From assembly GCA_012295275.1 (NCBI GenBank), contig CM022665.1, forward strand, positions 18,104,001 through 18,168,000: DNA of 64,000 bases. Reading direction: 5' to 3'. Below are positions 13,670-25,400 of this stretch, piece by piece. The position numbers were made by a program, and so were the translations under genes. This DNA comes from Chrysomallon squamiferum. Its lineage: Eukaryota; Animalia; Mollusca. The notes beneath the pieces are model-generated. The model was not told the DNA's origin. It made no database searches and worked only from the letters and a program-made list of their open reading frames with translations. The stretch's first letter is position 1. Each line of letters starts with the position of its first letter.

Positions 13670-16600
13670 TTCAAATATAAATGGACTTTGATAATAATTA
13701 TGATGTATCATGTAATTCTATTCAGCTACTGAAGTGATATGTTATGATGAGATGAAAAAAAAAAAGAATTATGATCTAGTCTTTTTTTTTTCTTTTCAGA
13801 TATGCTGGAGTCACAAAACTCTGAAATGGACCGTAAATATTTTGCATATATTCATAAACTGATTCACTGTTTCTTGAAAATATGTCAATCTATATTCCTT
13901 TTGTCTACTGTCAGATGTAATATCACTAAGTGTTTAATGTCACTGATAAAAATTACTGACATACACCAGGTGTTTACTGATATAAATGAGTAAATGTTAT
14001 AAATGACATATCTGAGTAAACATTACTGACACCAATGAATAATGTTTACTAGATACTTACTGATATATCACTGAGTAAAGATTACTGATACCACTGAGTA
14101 ATGTTTACCAGCTGTTTACCAATATGGTATCACTGAGTAAAGATTACTGACAGCAGTGAGTGATGTTTACTGATACAAATAATATCATTAAGTAAAGATT
14201 ATTGACACCAGTAATGTTTACCAGCTGTTTACTGCTATAATTATCACTGAGTAAAAATGATAAAGTTAATTTTCCTTGTTTTTAGAACAGACAAAAATGC
14301 TTCTTATCGTTCTTTCACCAATTATTCTTATGATACTTTTACTGAGCTTCTTAATACTTATGAATCTAAGAAAGTAAGTAAAATATTTTCTCAATTTTAG
14401 CCAGATTGTTTTATTATTATTACAGTATTATTTATTTTATTATCATTATGTACATATTTTTTAAAACAATTCTTATTTATATGTTTATTTATTTAAATTA
14501 TTATTATTATTATTACTTTGAAAAAGAAAGCCTTTCATTAAATGACCAACTCCATTCCAAATATCAAATAAAACAGCTAATTTACAATATATATATATAC
14601 ATACATACATACATACATACATACATGCATACATACATACAAACATTGGTCAGTAATTTGACAGTGTTTGCCAAGAATAAATTTGTCTCCTCCAAGTCCA
14701 GTGTAGTAACATATTACATGTTAAATCCAAACTCAGTTAAATCAGTGGTCTGTTAAACTGAAGGTATACTGTCATGTAATAGAGATTGTCTTTATGCAAC
14801 ACTAAATTTTGTTTAAACAACACAGCATAATTTATCATCATTTATAATTCATTAAATTTTTGGTATAGTCTTTCCTTGCTATTTGTTAATGTCACCGAGA
14901 ATACAAAAGAATAATGCAAAGTCTGCAGTTTTTATTTGATCGCTAGCCAATTATCCTCATTCTGTTAACTAAACTACAAATTACACTATATAAAAATGTA
15001 GATATAAATGTTAAAATAATTATGGACAAGAGGGTTTTTTTTAAAGACAGTTATGTTTTACACAATAATATAAACAAAATTTGGATCAAATTAACTCTCA
15101 CTGAATCCTGGCATTCATCTCTAGAAAAACTCAGTAGCAAAAAAATTGAAAAAAAGGAGGTCATTCATAAAATAAAACCAAAACAACAAAAAGCAGTATG
15201 TTTATAAAACTTTGTTAATGACCACTAATACCCATAGAAAAACTAATATCCTCAATAAAATAGTTAATATTAAATACTGAATTTTGGTTGTTAAAGTAAT
15301 GTTTACTGACACCAAGTTAAAATTGTTTTTATTTCTTTCTATAAAGACAACATCACTCACACAAACTGAATTTAAAAAAAGAAAAAAGAAGAACAAAAAT
15401 GCTATTAATTTTTACCATTTGCTATTTTTCTGTCCCACACCACCACCTGCAAAACAAACATTTGTAAGAAAAGATTATTTTATTTATCACTACAAACAAC
15501 CTTTGCTAATAATTAAGCATGACAGTAAACCAACAACAGTATTAATTTTGGTTTTTACTTTGAATCTTTTTGACATATAATGCATGTTTAAATTTGTAAT
15601 TTTTTTTAATGTTTTTCTTTCTCCAGAGAAAAAATAAACCAGAACGCGTAAGACATTTTATTTTTTATAAAAGTTAAAATTATGTATGTGTGTACATACA
15701 TAAAGATAGAAAATTGTTTTTCATCAGTCAGAATGGAGTGATGTAAATAACAAAAACTATTTTATTTATTTAAAAAAAAGAAAAAAGATAAGGATTTTAA
15801 ATTAATTATACTTTTTTATTTCTGTACATTGGGATGTCATTACATTTTGGAAAAGAAAAGTAAAAAGTTAGTAATAGTAATAATATCTGAAGTGATTTTG
15901 TTTTCATTTAGTGAGGTTATTTTTATATAAGTAATGTAAAATGCTCATAAAATAAATATCAAAAATAGATTAATTAAACACTATTTGTATTTTTTGTTAT
16001 TTATTTGTGACAAACTGTTTCTCATTTTACAGAAGAAAAATGGAAGGTGAGGAAAATAAGGCATTTGAATTTGATCACGATATACATGAATCTGGTCATG
16101 ATGCAAAGAAACAAAGGTAATGAGAAAGGAATTTAATAACTGATGCTATGCTTTGTTTTTTATCAAATTTAAAAATTTAGTAATTTACCAATCAGAAAGG
16201 AATTACTGATGCTATGCTTTGTTTTTTATCAAATTTAAAAATTTAGTAATTTACCAATCAGAAAGGAATTTAATAACTGATGCTATGCTTTGTTTTTTAT
16301 CAAATTTAAAAATTTAGTAATTTACCAATCAGAAAGGAATTTAATAACTGATGCTATGCTTTGTTTTTTATCAAATTTAATAATTTAGTAATTTACCATT
16401 TCTTACATAAACAGTTTGTAAAATAATTTTGTCATTAAAACAAATTTATTGCTGTAAACAGTAACACCTCCATTTTGTTTTTTTCTAAACCTTCATTTTA
16501 CTATTACCGTATAAAATTAATTGCTATATTATTTTTTGTTTTTAATACTCTATTAATACGCTAAAAAGCTTGCATCACTCTGAAAATAAAAAACCCAACT

Positions 16601-16836
16601 CTGACACCATCTAAAACAATATCACAGAAACCAAATCAAAATCCAGGCAAAAACACAGGTAAGCATATGAAATAATAAAAATACAGTTTGTATGTTCCTT
16701 AAATATTTGTCAAGAATATTCATTTATTTTTTTTCTCACTTGTATTTTATTATTACACCACAGTCCATAAAATTAATTGTGTCTTTTATTATAATTACAA
16801 TGGCTTTCCTATTTTCATAGACAGTTTGATCTATAG
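2767..16836 (+). CDS. Uncharacterised type I transmembrane protein: SP-TSP1-TSP1-(3 sequon microexons)-Ig-Ig-Ig-TM-short tail, about 575 aa
   Basis: Phase-consistent GT-AG exons: 2767-2845, 4297-4458, 5249-5419, 6821-6841, 8167-8187, 8893-8913, 9677-10006, 10561-10593, 11400-11723, 13140-13463, 13800-13832, 14286-14373, 15627-15647, 16033-16116, 16821-16836. The last exon is uncertain; an unspliced form would stop at 16120. All ectodomain exons are phase 1-1. Confidence 0.8.
4297..4458 (+). CDS. TSP1 domain exon 1
   Basis: FGFWNSWQELKKDGCSVECGWG...YFRVCENGNCNG...EDCFQKC has WxxW, CSxxCG, RxC and 6 Cys. Acceptor ttgtag, donor gtatgt. Confidence 0.85.
4923..4975. mobile_element. Fragment of a Sola2-like terminal inverted repeat
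   Basis: AAGTCATTCCATGTAAATTCATCCAAAGGATTTAACCC resembles the reverse complement of the element end at 62476 (GAGTCATTCCATGTTAAATCACCCAATGGGTTAAACCC). Confidence 0.45.
5249..5419 (+). CDS. TSP1-like domain exon 2
   Basis: AGLWAPWIAYKADSCNVSTCTIGAERAYFKRNCPIPSCVGPTTKNETRKCIGKC has WxxW and 6 Cys. Phase 1-1. Confidence 0.85.
6821..6841 (+). CDS. 21-nt microexon A (AKKENVT)
   Basis: ttttttcag|CCAAGAAAGAAAATGTCACAG|gtcaga. In frame, phase 1-1, sequon N-V-T. Confidence 0.75.
8167..8187 (+). CDS. 21-nt microexon B (EEVENRT)
   Basis: tttttcag|AAGAGGTTGAAAATCGCACAG|gtcaga. Sequon N-R-T. Confidence 0.75.
8893..8913 (+). CDS. 21-nt microexon C (ADIQNET)
   Basis: ttttttcag|CTGATATCCAAAATGAAACAG|gtcaga. 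Sequon N-E-T. Confidence 0.75.
9677..10006 (+). CDS. Ig-like domain exon 1 (C2-set-like)
   Basis: FDFECLVHG...ITWYRE...FFCSA shows the Ig C-W-C core. 330 nt, phase 1-1. Confidence 0.85.
11400..11723 (+). CDS. Ig-like domain exon 2 (V/I-set-like)
   Basis: FIFLCRI...YRIEIKEIDMRNEANWTCNY...VKLIVH matches the Ig E/F-strand pattern, with an extra Cys pair. Phase 1-1. Confidence 0.8.
12455..12910. repeat. (GTAGT/GTAAT)n pentanucleotide microsatellite
   Basis: Visible 5-bp periodic array. It explains the spurious HYTTL-repeat ORF at 12589-12852. Confidence 0.9.
13140..13463 (+). CDS. Ig-like domain exon 3 (paralog of Ig exon 1)
   Basis: FFTCTVHRV...FRWYLE...QMFLYKPY.RH...IFCTA...SNKIHLH aligns by eye with Ig exon 1. 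Confidence 0.85.
13915..14255. repeat. Degenerate tandem repeat (ATCACTGAGTAAAGATTACTGAC / TGTTTACTGA units)
   Basis: Repeated motifs seen directly. Confidence 0.7.
14286..14373 (+). CDS. Transmembrane exon
   Basis: QTKMLLIVLSPIILMILLLSFLILMNLRK: about 22 hydrophobic residues followed by basic residues. Acceptor tttag, donor gtaagt. Confidence 0.85.
16124..16400. repeat. ~70-bp tandem repeat x4
   Basis: Unit AGAAAGGAATTTAATAACTGATGCTATGCTTTGTTTTTTATCAAATTTAAAAATTTAGTAATTTACCAATC starts at about 16124, 16194, 16260 and 16331. Confidence 0.9.
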
Positions 16837-16964
16837 CAGTAGTGGCTAAGATAATCTGGTATTTAGATTTAATGTACACAAGGCACCTCAAAATGCAGGT
16901 GAGCAGAGTAAGAAAATACTATTACCCTCATTTTGACTTATCAGTGTTTGACTTTAAGGGTGTG

Positions 16965-17095
16965 CATCTGACAGTGGTGTTACCATCTGACAATGGTGTT
17001 AATGCCTGACATTGGTGTTAACATCTGGCACTGGAGTTAATATCTGACAATGGGCGTAAATTCTGATATTGCTATTAATCTGACAGTGGTGTCAA
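16965..17095. repeat. ~19-bp minisatellite (TCTGACAGTGGTGTTAA)
   Basis: About 7 degenerate copies seen directly. Confidence 0.75.
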
Positions 17096-19337
17096 TGCAT
17101 GTTTTGATGTGTAAAAAAACACACCAAGTATTAAATAACTGTAGTGCAAATTCTGTTTGGTTTAAACTCATTAAAGTGTTTATGCAAAAGAATATACACA
17201 TGTGGTTGACGTAACATTATTACATACAGTCCTCTATTCCAAATCAGTGAGAATAGAAAATGGTCTTAAGCTGATAATTATTTGTATATATGTATGTATG
17301 AATATAAAGGTACATGAATATGGATATTTGTGTTTTGTCTGTATTTTATTGTTAAGATGTAGTTAAGCACCCATGGAATGAACATATCCAAAACAAATAC
17401 ATATCATGAAACTAGTAATAAACTTATTTTCTTTCCTAACACACACACACAAAGTAATCTAAAGATAGATGTGAAGGTATGATTTGAAAATTTTGATTAA
17501 ATAATAAAAACTCTTAAAAATGTCAACAGAATAATTAACAGATTTTATCTATTTTAAAATAAAAATTTTAAAATGTTTTCAAAGGCACAACTGGGTGACA
17601 GGACTAAAAACATATATAATTTTCTGAATATAGTTTTCTGAAGCTGAAATGATTTTGTGATTTTGTTTTCTTCTTTTTTTTTCCAGATCAACTGACATAC
17701 TGTGCATCTTACTTTTTCCCCTATCCAAACAAAGTGTTCGGCTTATCATAGTTATCATACATAACATTTGCAATTTCATCTGGAAACAGCTACACAACTG
17801 TTAATGATCTTTTAAGAGTGTATTAATTCTACACTTTGTAACAGATTTTATTTTCTGAAGATTTCTAGTGTACTATTATTTCTATAATAACAAAATTAAA
17901 AATACAAATTGCATCAGTAGTTTATTCTTTTTTCAGTGGTCAGGCATAATAAAACTATGATTACTTAAATTTGTTTAATGTATAATATTGCAGCAAATCA
18001 AGGAATACCAATGACAGACAAACACGAATCAGTATTTTACAATCAAAATAAAATAGAAGTGGATTTCTCTTAAAGTTCCTGAAACTTAAGAAATTTTCTT
18101 CTTCATTTCCCTAACTGAATGTGAAAACATTCATGTATGTTACAAATCACTTCTAAGTTAATCCCAGTACGACAAGTGGTTTATTCAGAGAGATTATGAT
18201 ATTTTTAATAATCATGATAGACTGTTTAACATGGTTGGGGGATATATCAAATGAAATATTCAGAATAAATATATTTTGATATAGTGACAACTAGAAAAGA
18301 AATTCTGACAATAACTGTACTGTGACTGGTTTTAAATTTCTTTATTAATTTTTTTAATTAATCATATTGTTATTTTAACATCAGTCGAACAAAGAAAAAA
18401 AACTAGACTTAAAAAAAACACTTTTGAAAGTATTAAAAACTGATAGTTTGTGTCAACTGTTCAATTTCACAAACAAAAAATTATACGCCAAGAATACAAA
18501 TCTGTTTATACACAAGGTATAAATTCCCAAATTTGTCCAAATAAAAACAGGCTCCAATAATATGCAATAAAACATTAATTTAATGAAATTTTGATTTACT
18601 GAATCAAAGTGCTTACAATCCTCAGGTATAATACTTACCAATAATTCACAGAATTAAATAAATAAATTGCAGTAAGTATGGGCAGCATTACATTTAATCA
18701 TTCCTCACTATTTTATTATCATACATCATCTAATTCACATCTTGTATCTGTGATGATTCAGTAATTGTAAATTAACATTTTAAAATAATATTAGTTTACT
18801 GGACTTTGACTCTCAAGATTAACCTTTGTCATATTTGTTCATTAATTCAGGATCTACTCTATTACATTCTATAGAAACAGAAAAAACTGTCCAGCTGAAC
18901 ATTATTGTCTAGATTGTCACAGTTCACATAAAATTATGAGTTAAATATAGTTGTACAAAATATAATATTTTATAGTGGTAATAACCTTAATAATATTTGC
19001 TACTTCAGGAAAAGGTTTGAGTAACCATTTAAAAATCATGTAATCTTTTTGTTTTTTGGCAGAAGTGGCGATCCATTATTTAATATATATAAGATTCATA
19101 ATCATTTCCCACCATTTACTTAAGAGCAACAAGTTTAATATAGTCCTTGTAATTTTTTAAATATTTAATGAATGTTTTCTCTTTCTTAAAATGATAATTC
19201 ACAAAAAGTTCTTAGTCTTAAGGTAAAAAGAAGACATTATTGAACTTCTGAAGTAACTAATGATTTCAGTTTCCAGTGTGTGATGTTTTCAGTTTCCAGT
19301 GTATGATGATGATTTCAGTTTCCAGTGTGTGATGTTT

Positions 19338-22113
19338 TCAGTTTCCAATGTACAGTTTGAGAAGTCGCTTGATTCTTCTTAAGATGGCCTCAGTGAAACT
19401 GTAGTGTGATCTATTCTTACAGTAACACTGTAATAAAAATATTTTATAAAATGTCAGATCTCAACTTTGTAAAATACTGCTTATTTATTTATTTATTTAT
19501 TAATAATAATAATTATCAGTAGTACTATTACTACCACTGCTATAACTATTACTATTATTACTACCACTCTATGGTTCAGTTTACCTGATTAATGTCCTGT
19601 ATTTTCTTGAAGTATTTCATTGATGACTTATACTGCTCTCAGATTTACTACTACTACTACTATTACTATGACCACCATTACCACAATGGCTACTATTACT
19701 ACTACTACTACTAGTTACCGTTACTGCTGCTACCACTACTCCTTCATGGTGAATGTTTGAGTTCAGCTTACCTGATTAATATCCTGCATTTTCTTGAAGA
19801 GTGTTTTATTGATGACATATACTGCTCTCATATTTACTACTATCACCACCGTTACCACTACCGATACTGCTGCTAGCATTACTACTCCTTCATGGTGAAT
19901 GTTTGAGTTCAGTTTACCTGGTTAATGTCCTGTATTTTCTTGAAGAGTGTTTCATTGATGACAGACGCAGCTGTCTGTTTGAGCTGATCCATCTCATCGC
20001 GAGTGATGCCACGAGACAGCTCGTGGAACTGTGGACTCATCATTGTCTCATCATTGTAAGTCGCTGGAAAGCCACTGATTTCTGTAAACACATTTTAACA
20101 TGTAGTAGTAGGCACAGATATAAAGTTAGGTGAAATTTTACAACGCAAAGATTTTAACTGATGAATGTTTAGTGATATCTTAGCCCATAACAAGGTAACT
20201 AAGCATAATTAGGCTTAAATGAATTCAAATAAATCATACATCTATCTTTTAGAAAATATTAAAATGAATTTACGAGATTTTTCAGTCATGTATTTAAAAA
20301 GTGGTTATATAAAGATTTAAGTGTATATACCAAATGCATCATCTGACTGATTAAGTAAGTTTATTTGGACTTATGTGTAAAAATATAATTTAAAAATATC
20401 ACTCGGATCCTTCCAGAGATTATGCATAAGATTTTTTCTTTAGCAGACAAGAAAAAACTAATTTAAGAAATTCAAAAAATATTTCAAAACATTTACTTTA
20501 CTGCACTCCAAAATCTGTTTCAGTTATTAATAAATTGGTATTTATTGCTACTGTGTATAACACTTAAACTGTACAAGTATTACTTCAATAAAATAAATAA
20601 ATAAAATAAATAAACAGAAAAGAAATCTATTTAGAGTAAACCCTGCATGCCTTTTCTCTAGACAGATAAACCAATAAATAAAAATTAAAAAAACATGTTT
20701 TCTCTATGTAATGAAATTACTATCTCACCATTTAGTTTTTTAATCTGATGTTGCTGTCTGTGTATGTGTGTCTGGTAGATCTGAGGCTGCTGATCAACTG
20801 GGATGCAGTGAACCAGATAATACTCCAAGTGTCTCCACAGGATGAACAGACTGTTCTCAATAATATCTTTATTTGTCAAAGACTAATGAAACTGATCAGA
20901 GACATGCACAATGACACATGTTTATCATACAAGTATGAACAACAAAACACATTTATCATATATGTATGAACAATAACACGAAATTTAATAGCATTTTAAA
21001 TGTTAGTCTTACACTGTTAATTTAAAAAATATTTTAATAATATAGTGCAAAAAATGTTTTTAATTTTCTAAATAAAAGGTGCCATAATGTTTACTTTCCT
21101 AAATAATAGAAACATTAATATTTTTATTTTTTTATTAAAAGGAGAAGAACTTTTTAATTTTCTAAAAATAAAAGAAACTAAAAAAAGAAAAGAAAAAATG
21201 GTTTCAAATGTCAAAAATTGTATGTAAAAGTTAGTCTACTATCTAGTAAATTTGAGCAGATCTAAACTTTCAGAAAGTAGTAGGCTGCTATCATTATTAT
21301 TAAGATGACTGTCATGGCTTCTGAAATAACTTTACTTTTTAATAAACATTTTAAAAATTTTAGTTTCATTACTGTATTACTCCTTTAGCACTTCCAAATA
21401 CTGAATATTCTGTATGCTTATCTTTAATCTCTTTATCATTCTCTCAACATCTCTTTTTCTATCATTTAGACACACACTCAGTTTTCACTCTCTCTCTCTC
21501 TCACACACACACACTCTTAAATATATTATTTTGTATCTCACACAAATGTCTGGTAAGTATTTAACTCAAGGATACAAGCTAAGTGCTGGAGCTCTTTTGC
21601 TTTGTAAGACACAATTTTTTGCAGTCGTTTCCTAGCAACCTCTTGCCTCTGTTGAGATGACATCTTTTCTGTGCTTCCTAAACCAGACAGCTGAAAACAA
21701 ATTCAGAGACAAAGAATGTTTTAACAACTGACTTTCATATTTTAATTTCTAACCATCTGATCTCTGCACATATTTTTATAATAAACAAAAGTGATTTATT
21801 CTTTTGTTGTTTTTCTGCTTTTTTGAAATAATATATATATATATATTATAACACTAGAAGTTTTTGTAAAGATGTACAGGATGTGGCAAAAATAAGGCCC
21901 ATTTTCAATTTCTGTTCTCATTGCATAACTTACTGTTACTTAGTATATAATTTTTAGTTTTATATTATATATAATTTTAATCGTATTTTATAAACAATAC
22001 TTTAAACATTTTCTTACCCTATATATTTTTATTTTTATTATTTTTGTTTTGTTATTATTATTATTACTATTATCAATTATTATTAGTAGTAATATTACTG
22101 TTATTAGTATTAC

Positions 22114-22150
<37 letters not shown>

Positions 22151-22409
22151 TATTATTTTTACCTCTTTCAAATCTTCTGTGCCCAGATCGTAGATTCCAG
22201 CGAGTTTCTGTGAGTGTTGTCTGTGACTGTCATAGACAGACAGGAATCGACTACTACACTGTTTCAGCTGAAACACAACAATTCCAAGGTTTGGTGATTT
22301 ACTGGCCCCAAAACTGGAGTACTGTAACTCTGAAATAAATGTAGAGAGGCAAAATTAATATACCTGTAAACAGATTATTTTTACAAAATGCATTTGAAAT
22401 AATATAGTG

Positions 22410-22476
<67 letters not shown>

Positions 22477-25400
22477 TAATAATAATAAATGAAATGCTGT
22501 AATTTATAATGCAAATCTTTTAATCTCTTTTTTTTCATTTCGATGAAATTTTTTAGTTTTCTCTTTTCACCATTATTTAAGTAGGAGTCTTATTTCACCA
22601 GTTTAACCACAAAAAAATAAACAAAACAAACGGGAATATTTTACTTATTTTGATGTATATTTTATATATAATATTAACAGGAAAAGGAAAGTCTTCAACT
22701 GCTTCTAGAAGGTATTATTTTACATAAATTAGAAACACTGCTATTTTACTGGGAGAAAAGTGGAATTTTTTTGTTGTTGTTTTGCTAATTCTTACAAAGG
22801 TGGTTAGATTTTATTTGTTTGTTGTTCTTTGTTGTTTTTATTAGCAGATATTGTTATTTGTTTCTGTCTTTCTTATTATATATATATATATATATTTTTT
22901 TTTTGAGCTAAATTTAGTTTTTATTAATTTAATACAGAACAATTTTTCAAAGCTTTAAACAAACCTTCAATAGACTGCCTATCCCTTGCATTGCCTTCTT
23001 CTAAACATGGACCAAACAAAATCCTACTGTATTGTGAACAAGGACCTGGTGAAAAAAATAATTAACTTTAAAAACTAATCAAATCTTGTCAGTTTTTTTA
23101 ATGTTAATGTTTCTGACTAGTGAAATCATCTTATGTCATTAAATATTTTAAATTTAATATTTATTATTAGCAACAAAAGAGGGTCAGTGTATATGCTTGT
23201 GCAAATTTCAAGTTACATAAATTAAAAACTGCAGAAAAAAAAAAACACAAAAGAAACATTTCTACAGTAGACAGATGGTGGTTGGAAAGGGAATTTTTTT
23301 AAAGAAATAATAAGGACTGATCCTGCATTTCATCATGTCTCAATTTTTCTACGTCATAAATACCTGTTCAGTTTCTACTACTGCTACTGCCACAGCTACA
23401 TCAACAACATATGCTACCACTATTACAACTACTGGTACTACTACAACAACTACTACTACAACCACTACTACTTCAAGTACAACAAAAACTACTCCAATTA
23501 CAACAACTATTACTACTGATCTGCTATTACTTCTACTATACAACTGCCATTACAATTACAACAATAACAACAACTACTACTACTATTACTAACTCTACAA
23601 CAACCATCAGCACAACCATCACCACCACCACTACCACTACTGCACCTTCTGTGGAGATGTATTTAAATTCAGCTGCATTCTAGACATACCTGACTCAGTT
23701 AACAATGATCTACAGAATGCTACTACGTTAGCAGCAATCTCGTTATATGCCAAACCAACTTCTGCTTTCATATCCTCGGAGGCTTGGTCAAGTTTCTGTA
23801 GTTGTTTGTAGAATTTGTCAGAGAAGTTGTAGCGTGTCAACAGCGACATTATCTGTCTCTGTATTCTTGTCCGCTGTCCCTGAAACTCAATCACTGCCGT
23901 CTCACTGCTCAAGTACTCAGAGCCTAGTTCATCTAAATTTTAAAATAATAATATTTTTATAAGCCAATATGAAATTAATTAATTCTTAACAAAATTGTAA
24001 ATCAAATTTTATCTAAGTTTTAAAAATTGTTCTTTTAAATCATCTAATGTAATATTAATCAACTCTTAACAAAATAACATTATAGTAATCCATCTCATTT
24101 TTAAAAATGTTTTTAAAATACTCAGTTTGTATTTCATCCAAATTTTTGAAATTGTACATTTTTATAAGCTAATATAAAATTTAACAAAATAACAGAAGCT
24201 ACTTCATCTAAATTTTAAAAACTGTTCATTTTAAGACTAATTTGAAATTAATTTAACTCTTAGCAAAATAACACAAAACAGTTTAATTGTATCAGAGATA
24301 AATTTTTATTTTCTTAAATATTTAAGCATTTAACAAACAATCCTAAATTTCTGAGATAATAAAAGTTTAAAATATATATATCTGTATATGCAACAAAATT
24401 TATCAAAAACTATTAATGGTTTTGTCAACAACATGTGCACTGTATGGAACACCTCTAGCAATGAAGTTTATCATGTCATTTACTATGAAAAGGGCAATTA
24501 CATTTTTCTTATAACTGATTGTGGGAAGATAGTACCACAGCAAGTTTTATATTTGGGAACAGATTTCGGTAGTGAAGTTTTATTGTGAAAACAGATTCCT
24601 GCTGTGAATTTTGACTTGTCACTATAATAATTTACTTTAGCAGTGAAATTACTCGGGAAGGAGGCTCTAACTTTAGTTTTGTATGTCACTGCAATAAACT
24701 GCACTAGCAGTGAAGTTTTACTTACTGTGAAAAGATGCCCTGGCTAGGACTGCAGTGGTGAGAGACAGTTCTTTCAAACTTGACAGATTCAAGGAAGGTT
24801 TTCTGTTGTGTAGGATTGTATTGAACACTTCTCCATGAGACATGAGAAACAACATCACCTGAAAGATCCATCGGTATCTACTATGATCTAGCAACAACAC
24901 ATCAAATAATTAGCTGAGAATAACATTCAGGCAATCATATTTCATTAACAAGTAAACCTATTATTTACTGCTTTGTCCAAAACAACTCAATGAGTATTTT
25001 TAATGTAGACTATAAAAAATCAACACATTTTAAAAATGTCTTGCAACATCTTGAAATAATACTATGTTACACTATAACTAGTGTGAACTCTTTTAGTCCC
25101 ATACATTCTCTGTTATGTAAGTAACATTATAAAATTACATTTATATTGTATGCATTGTTGAACCTGTAGTATTAAATGTTCTTGCTCTGTTTTATTCTTT
25201 TTAAGTATTTTCTCTTTATTAACATTGTGTATCAATTTGCACATGTATGTGCACAATGTGTGTGTCTGTCTGGCTGTCTGTCTGTGCACTTAAATGAACT
25301 AATGTATAGAACCTTCTTCTTATTTATATGCAAACAATAAAGCAACCATAAATGCAATAAAAATAACTAAACTGAGTATAATGCAAAATGCTCAACTCTC

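Noticed and set aside
16124-16400. Second CRISPR-like array
   Set aside because: Plain tandem duplication without spacers.
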